DNA of 59,668 nt from Desulfovibrionaceae bacterium. GTDB taxonomy: Bacteria > Desulfobacterota > Desulfovibrionia > Desulfovibrionales > Desulfovibrionaceae. Under the pieces are notes generated by a model. It saw only the letters and a list, made by a program, of their open reading frames with translations. It was not told the DNA's origin and did not search any database. Both the position numbers and the translations under genes were made by a program. Location of the stretch: the NCBI GenBank assembly GCA_040307025.1, contig JAWRKJ010000291.1, forward strand, positions 1 to 59,668. The letters are read 5' to 3'. Shown in pieces: positions 51,745-59,668 of the stretch (position 1 is the stretch's first letter; every line of letters begins with the position of its first letter).

Positions 51745-51947
51745 AAAAACTTGGTCCCACGGATTGTCCGGCACCACGCGGAGTTGGGGCAGCTCTCCAA
51801 AAACTGTGGAAAGCCCCCCCCCTTGCAAATGGCCGGGGCGGGCGTATGACAAGGCAGGCTTTTGGGGTGTTTCGGGGAGGTCCCGGCTTGGTCCGTCGGG
51901 GAGCGGTCGGGAAGACGCAACTTCTATCTGGCTGGAATCCTTACTGT

Positions 51948-52736
51948 ATGCAGTCCTCTTCTGCCTGGGAGCTCGTGCGCGGCATCGAGCCCATGTCCTT
52001 TTGCGATTGGCCGGGCCGGCTGACGGCCGTGCTGTTTTTCGGCGGCTGCAACTTGCGCTGCCCGCATTGTCACAACGCCGATCTGGCTTGGCGTCCCGAG
52101 GCCATGCCGCCGCTTCCCGCCGCGTCCGTGCGCCGGTTCGTGGCAAGCCACGGCCGCTGGCTCGACGGGCTGGTCCTGTCCGGCGGCGAGCCGACCTTGG
52201 TGCCCGGACTGGCCGATTTCGCGGCCGAACTGGCCGGCCTTGGCCTGCCGGTCAAAATCGACACCAACGGTCTGCGCCCGGACGTCATGGCCGAGGTCTT
52301 TGATCGCTATCCCGAGGCCTCGTTTTCCGTGGATGTCAAAGCGCCCCTGGCCAAGTACCGGCGCGCCACGGGCGGGGCCGTGGGCGCGGCTGTGGCCGGG
52401 GAATGCCTGGCCGCGGTCTTTGACTTGGCCGGGCGGCATCCGGGGCGCATCGCCTTTCGGACCACCCTCGTGCCGGAACTGGACGCGTCCGATGTCGGGC
52501 TGATCAGGGAGGGCCTGCCGTCGGGGTGCGCGCATACCATCCAACCTTTCAGACCGACCGGGAGCAACGGGGAGGAGAGGCGGCATGCCCACGCAGATTC
52601 GCAAACGCGACGGATGTCTGGAAACATGGTCCACCCAGCGCATCGCCCATGCGATCCTGAAGGCCCTCAAGGCCAGCGGTATCCAGGACCCGCTTTTGGC
52701 CACGCGACTGGCCCACAAGGTCGAAGCCAAGCTTGA
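51948..52736 (+). CDS. nrdG: Anaerobic ribonucleoside-triphosphate reductase activating protein (radical SAM)
   Basis: SFCDWPG, GCNLRCPHCHN, SGGEPT, DTNG, FRTT; immediately upstream of nrdD. Confidence 0.88.
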   Translation: MQSSSAWELVRGIEPMSFCDWPGRLTAVLFFGGCNLRCPHCHNADLAWRPEAMPPLPAASVRRFVASHGRWLDGLVLSGGEPTLVPGLADFAAELAGLGLPVKIDTNGLRPDVMAEVFDRYPEASFSVDVKAPLAKYRRATGGAVGAAVAGECLAAVFDLAGRHPGRIAFRTTLVPELDASDVGLIREGLPSGCAHTIQPFRPTGSNGEERRHAHADSQTRRMSGNMVHPAHRPCDPEGPQGQRYPGPAFGHATGPQGRSQA

Positions 52737-54630
52737 GGCCGACATCCCGGAGCAGGAGCACGTCCAGGACGCGGTCGAGCTCGTGCTCATGGAGTCGCGG
52801 CTCTACAACGTGGCCCGGCGCTACATCGTCTACCGCGAAAAGCGGCGCGAACTGCGCGAACAAAAAGCCGCCTACCTCGACATCGCCGACGTCATCGACA
52901 CCTACATCGCCAAGACCGACTGGCGGGTGGCCGAAAACGCCAACATGAACCATTCCTTCCAGGGGCTCATGCTGCACCTGTCCGGCACGGTGCAGGCCCG
53001 CTACGCCCTGGGCAAATATCCCGAAGAGGTGCGCGAGGCCCACGACCACGGCTATTTCCACATCCACGACCTGTCCTTCGGTCTGGCCGGCTACTGCGCC
53101 GGCTGGAGTCTGCGCGATCTGCTGCTGGAGGGATTCAACCTGCCCGGGCGGTCCTGCGCCGGCCCGGCCCGGCATTTCGACGCGGCCATGGGGCAGATGG
53201 TCAATTTTCTCGGCACGCTCCAAAACGAGTGGGCCGGAGCCCAGGCCTTCAACAACGTCGACACCTATCTCGCCCCGTTCGTGCGCTACGACAACCTCTC
53301 CTACCGCGAGGTGTTGCAAGCCATGCAGAAGTTCGTGTTCAACCTGAACACGACCTCGCGCTGGGGCGGCCAGAGCCCGTTCACCAACCTGACCTTCGAC
53401 CTGGCCCCGCCCAAGCATTTGGCCGGCGAGGCCGTGATCCACGGCGGCAAGCTCCTCGACGCGACATACGGCGAATTCGGGCCGGAAATGGAGATGATCA
53501 ACAAGGCCTTCCTGGAAGTCATGGGCGAAGGCGATTACCAGGGCCGCATTTTTTCCTTTCCCATCCCCACCTACAACGTCACGGCCGATTTCCCCTGGGA
53601 CTCCGAGATCGGCACACTGCTGCTCGAACTCACGGCCAAGTACGGGGCGCCGTATTTCCAGAACTTCATCAATTCCGACCTGTCGCCCGAGGACGTGCGC
53701 TCCATGTGCTGCCGGTTGCAGATGGATTTGCGCCAGTTGCGCAACAAGGTGGGCGGGCTGTTTGGCGCCGGCGATCTGACCGGCTCGGTCGGCGTGGTGA
53801 CGCTGAACCTTCCCAAGCTGGCCTTTCTGGCCCAGGGCGAGGAGGATTTCCTCGACCTGCTTACCGAATACGCCGAGCTGGCCAAGACGGCGCTCGAATT
53901 CAAGCGCAAGATGATCAGCGACAATCTGGAGCGGGGGCTTTTCCCCTGGACGAGACGCTACCTCAAAAACGGTTTCAAGGGGCATTTCTCGACCATCGGC
54001 CTGGTCGGCGGCCACGAGGCCTGCCTGAACCTGCTCGGCAAGGGCATCGAGACCGACGCGGGCCTGCGCCTCATGACCCGGGCGCTCAACCACTTGCGCG
54101 ACCTGACCGTGCGCTTCCAGGAGGAGACGGGCACCCTCTACAACCTGGAGGCCACCCCGGCCGAGGGCACGAGCTACCGGCTCGCCAAGATCGACAAGGC
54201 GCTCTACACGGACATCAAGGCCTCGGGCAACGGCACGCCGTACTACACCAATTCGACGACCTTGCCGGTGGGGCTGTCGCGCGACGTGTTCTACGCCCTG
54301 GAGCACCAGAACAAGCTCCAACCGCTCTATACGGGCGGCACGGTGTTCCACACCTACCTTGGCGAGGCCGTGGCCGACACCGAGGCGCTCAAGCATTTCA
54401 TCGTCAAGGCCTTCACCATGACGAAGATTCCGTACCTCTCCATCACGCCGACGTTTTCGATCTGCAAGACCCACGGCTACCTCAAGGGCGAGCATTTCGA
54501 ATGTCCCCAGTGCGGCGCGCCGGCCGAGGTGTTCACGCGTATTGTGGGTTACTACCGGCCCGTGTCCTTGTGGAACAAGGGCAAACAGGCCGAGTACGCC
54601 GAGCGGCTCACTTACGGGGAGATTTGCTGA
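52585..54630 (+). CDS. nrdD: Class III anaerobic ribonucleoside-triphosphate reductase with ATP cone
   Basis: IRKRDG ATP cone, HIHDL, SMCCRL, EATPAEG, CKTHG...CPQCG, glycyl-radical loop RIVGYYRP. Confidence 0.96.
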   Translation: MPTQIRKRDGCLETWSTQRIAHAILKALKASGIQDPLLATRLAHKVEAKLEADIPEQEHVQDAVELVLMESRLYNVARRYIVYREKRRELREQKAAYLDIADVIDTYIAKTDWRVAENANMNHSFQGLMLHLSGTVQARYALGKYPEEVREAHDHGYFHIHDLSFGLAGYCAGWSLRDLLLEGFNLPGRSCAGPARHFDAAMGQMVNFLGTLQNEWAGAQAFNNVDTYLAPFVRYDNLSYREVLQAMQKFVFNLNTTSRWGGQSPFTNLTFDLAPPKHLAGEAVIHGGKLLDATYGEFGPEMEMINKAFLEVMGEGDYQGRIFSFPIPTYNVTADFPWDSEIGTLLLELTAKYGAPYFQNFINSDLSPEDVRSMCCRLQMDLRQLRNKVGGLFGAGDLTGSVGVVTLNLPKLAFLAQGEEDFLDLLTEYAELAKTALEFKRKMISDNLERGLFPWTRRYLKNGFKGHFSTIGLVGGHEACLNLLGKGIETDAGLRLMTRALNHLRDLTVRFQEETGTLYNLEATPAEGTSYRLAKIDKALYTDIKASGNGTPYYTNSTTLPVGLSRDVFYALEHQNKLQPLYTGGTVFHTYLGEAVADTEALKHFIVKAFTMTKIPYLSITPTFSICKTHGYLKGEHFECPQCGAPAEVFTRIVGYYRPVSLWNKGKQAEYAERLTYGEIC

Positions 54631-54894
54631 GGGGCGCGGGGGATCGCGAAGGTGATTTCCTGGTGCCCCGCCCCCTTTCCCGCGTGAATTCCTTGCGCTG
54701 ACCGAGCAGTCCTTTTGCCGTTTCCTTTCTCACCGCTCCTGTGGTGCTTGCCCGTCGTGCCTGCATGGAACCGTGTTTATTTAGCCGCCAATTTTATGTA
54801 TTTTCTTTTTAGATTGACAACTCCCTCCGCCGGAGGCAAGCAGGGTAGAGGGAAGGACTTGTGCTTGGGGGACCCGCAACAGGGAGTGACGGCC

Positions 54895-55272
54895 ATGACG
54901 CCGGCACGGATTATGATCGTCGAGGACGAAGCCATTACCGCCATGGCCACCGGCGCCATGCTCAAACGCCTGGGGCACGAGGTGTCCGCCTCGGTCTCCT
55001 CGGGCGAGGCCGCCCTGGAGGCCTTCCGCAAACGGCGCCCTGATCTCATCCTCATGGACATCCGCCTCGACGGCCGCCTCGACGGCATCGAAACCGCCAA
55101 GCTCCTGCACCAGGCCGATGACGTGCCGGTCATCTTCGTCACCGCCTACATCGACGATCAGACCCGGCGCCGGGCGGCCGAGACCGGACCCCTCGCCTTC
55201 GTGGCCAAGCCCCTCGACGAGATCGACCTGGGCCGGCTTCTCGAACTGCTGCCCGAAAAACGCCCGGATTGA
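54895..55272 (+). CDS. Single-domain response regulator
   Basis: IMIVEDE, LILMDIRL, FVTAY, VAKP; AGGGAG RBS. Confidence 0.92.
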   Translation: MTPARIMIVEDEAITAMATGAMLKRLGHEVSASVSSGEAALEAFRKRRPDLILMDIRLDGRLDGIETAKLLHQADDVPVIFVTAYIDDQTRRRAAETGPLAFVAKPLDEIDLGRLLELLPEKRPD

Positions 55273-55274
55273 GC

Positions 55275-56822
55275 ATGCTGGACGGGGAGGGAATTGGTCT
55301 CGACGGCGATTTCACCGCCGCCTATCTGGCGGTGCAGCGTCTGGCCGGCTTGGCCGAACGCGACCCCACGGCCTTGGCCCCGCAGACCGTGGCCGCCCTG
55401 GAAACCCTGCTTGCGCGCGACGCCCACGCCCGGCAAACCCAGGCCCGCATCCTCTACCGCGACGCGGCCTCCATCCTGACCCGGCTTCTGGCCAACGGTC
55501 CGGGCCATCTGGCCCGAGCCTCCCGAAGCGCCCTCGAACGCGCCCTCAACACCCCGGGCAAGCCCCGGCTCGCCGCAGCCGAGGCCGCCGGCAGCCTGCC
55601 CCTCGGCCTCACCGGCCCGGCGCTCCATTTCCCCGATCCCGGCCACCCGCGACCCGTGCCCTTCGCCCGTCTGCTGGGCCAGGCCGAGGTCGCCCCGGAT
55701 TTCCGTCCCCGCACGGCTGGCCGCAGCCATATCGTACCCACCCGCGACCCGGACACCCTGCTCGTGGTCAAGCGCCTGCGCCGGGGCGAGGACCCGGCCG
55801 GCCTCGTGCGCGAAGCGGTCTGGATGCGTTTCTGCGTCGGGCTCGATTTTCCGGTGCCCTGCCATGTGCCCCGGCCCCTGGGCACGGAGGCGTCGCCACT
55901 GGTGGCCGTGACCGACGCCCCGGACCTGCCCGGCCAGGTCCCGGACGCCTCGGGGCTGGCCCTGGCCTATCTGGCGCGGCGCGAGTATTTCGCCTATCCC
56001 AACAATCCGCCGGCTGCCGGCGGGCCGAACGCCACCGTCTTTGCCGGGGCCATGACCCGGGCCGCCTTGCTTTTGGGCTGGCTGGCCGGGCGGGGCATCC
56101 TGCACGAGGCGGCCATTCCGCTGTTCCACAACCGGGTGCAGCAGGACCGGCGCGAGGACGGTGGGGTCTACGACTGGCGGTTGCCCGGGCGGCTGGACCG
56201 CTGGCTGGCCTCATCCCTGCATCCCAATTTCGGCCTGTCCGGACTGCGCGATTTCGAACACCTGGCCAGCCTTGGCGGCCGTCCGTCCCGGCTCTACCGG
56301 TGCATGGGCGACCACTTCGTGAGCCTGTTTCTGGTCGCGGGCAGCTACTACCGCATGCGCGATCCATCCCTGCTCGGACGTCATCCGGACGGTTCCCCGG
56401 TGGACGCACGCCACCTCTTTGACGAGGACCACCTGACCGACGTCGTGGCCGCCATGGTCGCGGCCTACCGCACGGGCTTCGTGGGCCGGGCCCCGGCCGA
56501 ACCGCCTTTTTGCGCCCGTTCCCTGGCCCGGCGCATGATCGAGGAAATGGGCGTGGACCGCCACATGACCGAACTCGTGCGCGTGGCCGACCAGGAAGCC
56601 ATGACCGACGCGGCCTTTGCGGATTTTTGCGTCGCCCGGGGCATGGCGCCCGAAACGGCCCGCAGCTTGCGACGCGGGCAGGTCGATGTGGAACTTGTCA
56701 CCGGCCCGCACCTGGGCGCGTTCAACGGTCGGACCAGCCTGCCGGAATTGGCCGAATGTACGGCCGCCGCTGCCGCTGCCTGCCTGGTGGGGCGCTATTT
56801 CGCCGATCGGGGCAAAAATTAG
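55275..56822 (+). CDS. SidJ-related pseudokinase
   Basis: VVKRL (VAIK-like Lys) and LFHNRVQQDRREDGGVY...GRLDRW...PNFGLSGLRDFE. The motif order and spacing match the Legionella SidJ active site as I recall it. Confidence 0.8.
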   Translation: MLDGEGIGLDGDFTAAYLAVQRLAGLAERDPTALAPQTVAALETLLARDAHARQTQARILYRDAASILTRLLANGPGHLARASRSALERALNTPGKPRLAAAEAAGSLPLGLTGPALHFPDPGHPRPVPFARLLGQAEVAPDFRPRTAGRSHIVPTRDPDTLLVVKRLRRGEDPAGLVREAVWMRFCVGLDFPVPCHVPRPLGTEASPLVAVTDAPDLPGQVPDASGLALAYLARREYFAYPNNPPAAGGPNATVFAGAMTRAALLLGWLAGRGILHEAAIPLFHNRVQQDRREDGGVYDWRLPGRLDRWLASSLHPNFGLSGLRDFEHLASLGGRPSRLYRCMGDHFVSLFLVAGSYYRMRDPSLLGRHPDGSPVDARHLFDEDHLTDVVAAMVAAYRTGFVGRAPAEPPFCARSLARRMIEEMGVDRHMTELVRVADQEAMTDAAFADFCVARGMAPETARSLRRGQVDVELVTGPHLGAFNGRTSLPELAECTAAAAAACLVGRYFADRGKN

Positions 56823-56844
56823 CGAAGGGAGAGGCAGGGGAGTC

Positions 56845-56885
56845 GCCTCCGGCGTCCTGGAGGGGAGTCATTTCCCTCCAGGACC
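56845..56885. repeat. Variant of the REP-like element / hairpin after the SidJ-like gene
   Basis: GCCTCCGGCG followed by TCCTGGAGGG-N10-CCTCCAGGA; shares the GCCTCCGGCG end with the repeat family. Confidence 0.5.
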
Positions 56886-57047
56886 ACTCGGGCGATCCCA
56901 ATTTCGAGCGTTGGCCCTTCGCTGGGAAAACGCGGAGGTTTAGAAAATATTTTCCAAGTAAAGCTATAGGATTTTTTGTTGCCTCAGGCTGTTTTTTTGT
57001 AAAAATTATTAATATATTCTGCCGACGTAATAAAATTTTCAAGCGCA

Positions 57048-57074
57048 TAAAGTTTTGCACGCGAGAGCCGATAA
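57048..57074 (+). promoter_or_regulatory. Sigma28 (FliA) promoter
   Basis: TAAAGTTT-N11-GCCGATAA, an exact consensus match, 35 nt before ATG 57109. Confidence 0.85.
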
Positions 57075-57108
57075 GGGTGCCGAGAGTCATGCGCGGGAGG
57101 CTTCCAGC

Positions 57109-57777
57109 ATGGGCACCAACGGAATTTTCGGGCTTTCCAGTCAGTTGACGAACAGTTTGACACAGATACAGGAAAAGCAGCAGGAAGAGCTCGCCGTCAA
57201 TACGGATGTGGCTGCGACGCTTGTCTCCACGGCGCAAACCGATTCTGTAAGTATTTCCAGTGAGGCTTACACGAAAAGCCAAAATATGCTGGAGACGAAT
57301 TTCGTTGACGGAAATACTGCCGACACGACGTATATCGATGCCCAATTGACGGCATTTTCCGTCAAAAAGTCTCTGCAAAACTCCATGGATGACTCCTTAA
57401 AATCCTCTTTGGAGTCAGTTATTGCAGATGCGGCCTTTTGGTATAGCGATCCAAGGATGCGTAATGCCAAGATGCTCAAAGATTCGATCGAAAGCAATGA
57501 GAAACTTTTTTCCGAACTCAGGGACAATATCGAAGAACAGGCCGCTGCGGCGACGGCGCCCAAGGATGCGAACGGCAATCCCATTGAGCAGCCTACGGCA
57601 GCTTCTTCTCCAGAAAATGCCGCGATCGATACGGCCCAAGCCTCGGATGGGAGCGTTGACAGCGGCGCAGCCGCCCAAGCCGCGGTTGCTCCCTCTCAAA
57701 ACGCTGCCACTGGCGTCGCGAGTGACGCGGTCGCCCAGGCTGCGGAAGCGGTTCCATCGATTTCAATAACGGTGTAG
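57109..57777 (+). CDS. Sigma28-dependent acidic, low-complexity hypothetical protein
   Basis: GGGAGG RBS; Ser/Thr/Ala/Gln-rich; TDSVSISSEA motif; visibly lower GC than the flanks. Confidence 0.8.
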   Translation: MGTNGIFGLSSQLTNSLTQIQEKQQEELAVNTDVAATLVSTAQTDSVSISSEAYTKSQNMLETNFVDGNTADTTYIDAQLTAFSVKKSLQNSMDDSLKSSLESVIADAAFWYSDPRMRNAKMLKDSIESNEKLFSELRDNIEEQAAAATAPKDANGNPIEQPTAASSPENAAIDTAQASDGSVDSGAAAQAAVAPSQNAATGVASDAVAQAAEAVPSISITV

Positions 57778-57894
57778 TGCATAGCGCGCATGGCATAAGG
57801 ACCAGGTTGTTCGGCATGATCGCAGGCGGCAAGAGCAACTGGCTCCAAGCCGCACGGGCGCTCAACACGCGAAGCCCGCAACCCAATCCTCCTC

Positions 57895-58617
57895 CTAGAA
57901 CAACCAGATATGGTCCAGCTCGGCGCCTTCGTGGCCCTGGGTCTGGCGTTCGCGTATGACCTTGGCCGGCCGGCCCATGACCACCATGCCCGCCGGCACG
58001 TCGTGGGTGACCAGGGAGCCGGCCGCCACGATGGCCTGGCTGCCGATGGTCACTCCGGGCAGGATGACCACCCCGGAATAGATTTTGGCATAGTCCTCGA
58101 TGACCACGCCCTGGTAGGTCCGTTCGATATGCGAGGCCTCGCCGTGGCTGTGGGTGAAAATCCGCACGTCCTCGGCCAGGGCCACGCCGTTGCCGATGGT
58201 GATGCCGCCCTTGCTGTCCAGGAATACGTTGCGGTTGCTAAAAAAGCCGTCTCCCACCCGGATGAGCTGGCCGAAATTGAAGCGCAGGTTTTCCTCGGCC
58301 GCGAACATCGTGCCGCAGGCCGCGAAAAGCCGTTTGGCCAGGGCGCGCCGGAAGGGAAAGGCGAAGGTCACGGACAGGCTGAGCGGCAGTTTGTCGAACG
58401 CATCCCACAGAAAGTGCAAATGGCGCTGGGTGGGCGTGAAGGGGTATTCCTCGGCCTTGGGCAGGGTTTCGCTGTACAGCCGCATGTGGCGGATGCTTTC
58501 CAGGTCCATGGGCGGGGCCTGGAGCACGGCCAGGATGTCCTGGACCGCCTCGGGCTCGTCCACATGGTTGAGCAGTTCCTCGATTTGGCACAGGCAAGCG
58601 TCGAACCAATTGCTCAT
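57895..58617 (-). CDS. Hexapeptide-repeat acyltransferase (maltose/galactoside O-acetyltransferase-like)
   Basis: [41 protein letters not shown]. Confidence 0.88.
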   Translation of the reverse strand: MSNWFDACLCQIEELLNHVDEPEAVQDILAVLQAPPMDLESIRHMRLYSETLPKAEEYPFTPTQRHLHFLWDAFDKLPLSLSVTFAFPFRRALAKRLFAACGTMFAAEENLRFNFGQLIRVGDGFFSNRNVFLDSKGGITIGNGVALAEDVRIFTHSHGEASHIERTYQGVVIEDYAKIYSGVVILPGVTIGSQAIVAAGSLVTHDVPAGMVVMGRPAKVIRERQTQGHEGAELDHIWLF

Positions 58618-58755
58618 GGGGGGGCTCCCTCGAAAGGATTGGCACCAGTCTAACAAGGAAAGCGTCCCAGGGGCAACGGATCATACCCCCTAATGCCAGG
58701 CCTGTATGCTGTCGATAGGAGCGACGACAGCGATGTGAACGCTTGGGAGGCAGGC

Positions 58756-59634
58756 ATGGCACGCGCGGGATTTTTCGCGGCCCTGGATCGATGGGGACTC
58801 CTCAAATACGCCCTGGCGACCCTTTTTACGGTTCTGGCCTTTACCCTGACGGCCGGGGCCTTTCTGCTCGACGAGCTGGCCAAGCGTCCGGCCCGGCCGC
58901 GTGCCTTGCCGGCGGCCTGGGTCGAACGCCAGTCCGCGCCACCGGCTCCGGGTTGGCGCATGCGCGCACCCGTGGCCCATGCCGTGCGTTTTGCCGCCGA
59001 GGCCAAGGCGCCGACCGGCTTCTCCTTTTACGACATCGCCGCTTCCGACACGCCCCAAACCCTGGCCGCCAAGTGCGCTCGCAAGCAGTTCCGGCTGAGC
59101 AAGATTCAGGGCGAGGCCTGCGATTTCACTGCCGCCCTGTCCGGCCAGAACGCGCCCGAGGGTGCGGTGGCCGCTTTTGTCCGGGAGCGCGGTCGCGCGT
59201 GTTGTGCCGTGACCACGCACCTGCCGCACCAGCTCGTCACCTACGTCTTCGGCCAGGAGCGTACGGCTTCCGGTCCGGCCGCCGAACCCATCCGTGGCAC
59301 GGTCGTCTTTTCCGAGGTTGGGGGCGGCCTGCTGCGCCTCACCTTGCGTTTTTCCGCCCGGATCGACAGCTATGCCACGGCCGTGACCCGCTACCTCGAC
59401 GAGCGTTGCGGTCCGCCCATGCCCTTGCCCGGCAGCGGCGCGGTCTGGGCCCGGGACGGTGGGCTCGTCACGCTGGTCCGCGCCGGGCGGGAACTGGTCG
59501 TTACGGCTTACTACCTGGCCAACATCGACCGCCATGCCGCCCAGACCCGGGAATTGGCCGCACGCCAGCCGCAACCCCAGCCGCACCCGGGCCCCACCGC
59601 GCCCCCCGGCCGCCTGGCCATGGCCAATCCGTAG
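58756..59634 (+). CDS. Hypothetical membrane-anchored protein
   Basis: GGAGG precedes ATG 58756; single N-terminal TM. Confidence 0.65.
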   Translation: MARAGFFAALDRWGLLKYALATLFTVLAFTLTAGAFLLDELAKRPARPRALPAAWVERQSAPPAPGWRMRAPVAHAVRFAAEAKAPTGFSFYDIAASDTPQTLAAKCARKQFRLSKIQGEACDFTAALSGQNAPEGAVAAFVRERGRACCAVTTHLPHQLVTYVFGQERTASGPAAEPIRGTVVFSEVGGGLLRLTLRFSARIDSYATAVTRYLDERCGPPMPLPGSGAVWARDGGLVTLVRAGRELVVTAYYLANIDRHAAQTRELAARQPQPQPHPGPTAPPGRLAMANP

Positions 59635-59653
59635 GATGTGGCGGGGAAAAGAT

Positions 59654-59668
59654 GCCTCCGGCGGCCAG
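59654..59668 (-). repeat. REP-like repeat, copy 5 (truncated at the window end)
   Basis: GCCTCCGGCGGCCA is the reverse complement of the conserved TGGCCGCCGGAGGC end. Confidence 0.65.

Noticed and set aside
51905-51947. NrdR box upstream of nrdG
   Set aside because: Only a weak partial match (CTATCTGG) and no tandem pair.
49518-52736. 1072-aa ORF suggesting a large NrdG fusion
   Set aside because: The first ~810 codons are an off-frame read of the KimA-like gene; only 51948..52736 has protein motifs.

Overview
GC-rich chromosomal segment of a sulfate-reducing Desulfovibrionaceae bacterium. The atpZ-atpI-atpB-atpE-rex block, octaheme cytochrome and repeat family suggest Solidesulfovibrio; this is inference. 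About 52 CDSs are supported. No rRNA, tRNA, CRISPR array, transposase or phage structural gene was seen. Contents in order: a histidine kinase with a REC-HDOD regulator; mltA; a surface-glycosylation locus (GT-C-like membrane protein, SGNH-like protein, WbqC, GT2, metallophosphoesterase, ATP-grasp, orphan TPP E1 alpha/beta, beta-propeller, GtrA, RffA/WecE); a signalling cluster (TauE, membrane protein, PhnD-like lipoprotein, histidine kinase, stand-alone REC, PEP-synthase-like dikinase, dual-specificity phosphatase) behind a 38-bp Rex/Crp-type palindrome; an octaheme cytochrome c with cytochrome b; a metal-chelate ABC importer with a methyltransferase and a radical-SAM/binding-protein fusion; a hybrid kinase; the Fo ATP synthase genes with rex; lon, acyP, radC and holA; a frameshifted glycosyltransferase; a c-di-AMP (ydaO) riboswitch ahead of a KimA-like K+ transporter; nrdG-nrdD; a REC protein coupled to a SidJ-related pseudokinase; two hypothetical genes with sigma28 promoters; and a ~38-bp REP-like intergenic repeat. 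Best candidates for undescribed biology: the TauE/PhnD/kinase/dikinase/phosphatase module, the REC-SidJ-like pseudokinase pair, the lipid-linked modified amino-sugar locus, and the radical-SAM/binding-protein importer operon. All product calls come from motif recognition by eye; no database search was run.
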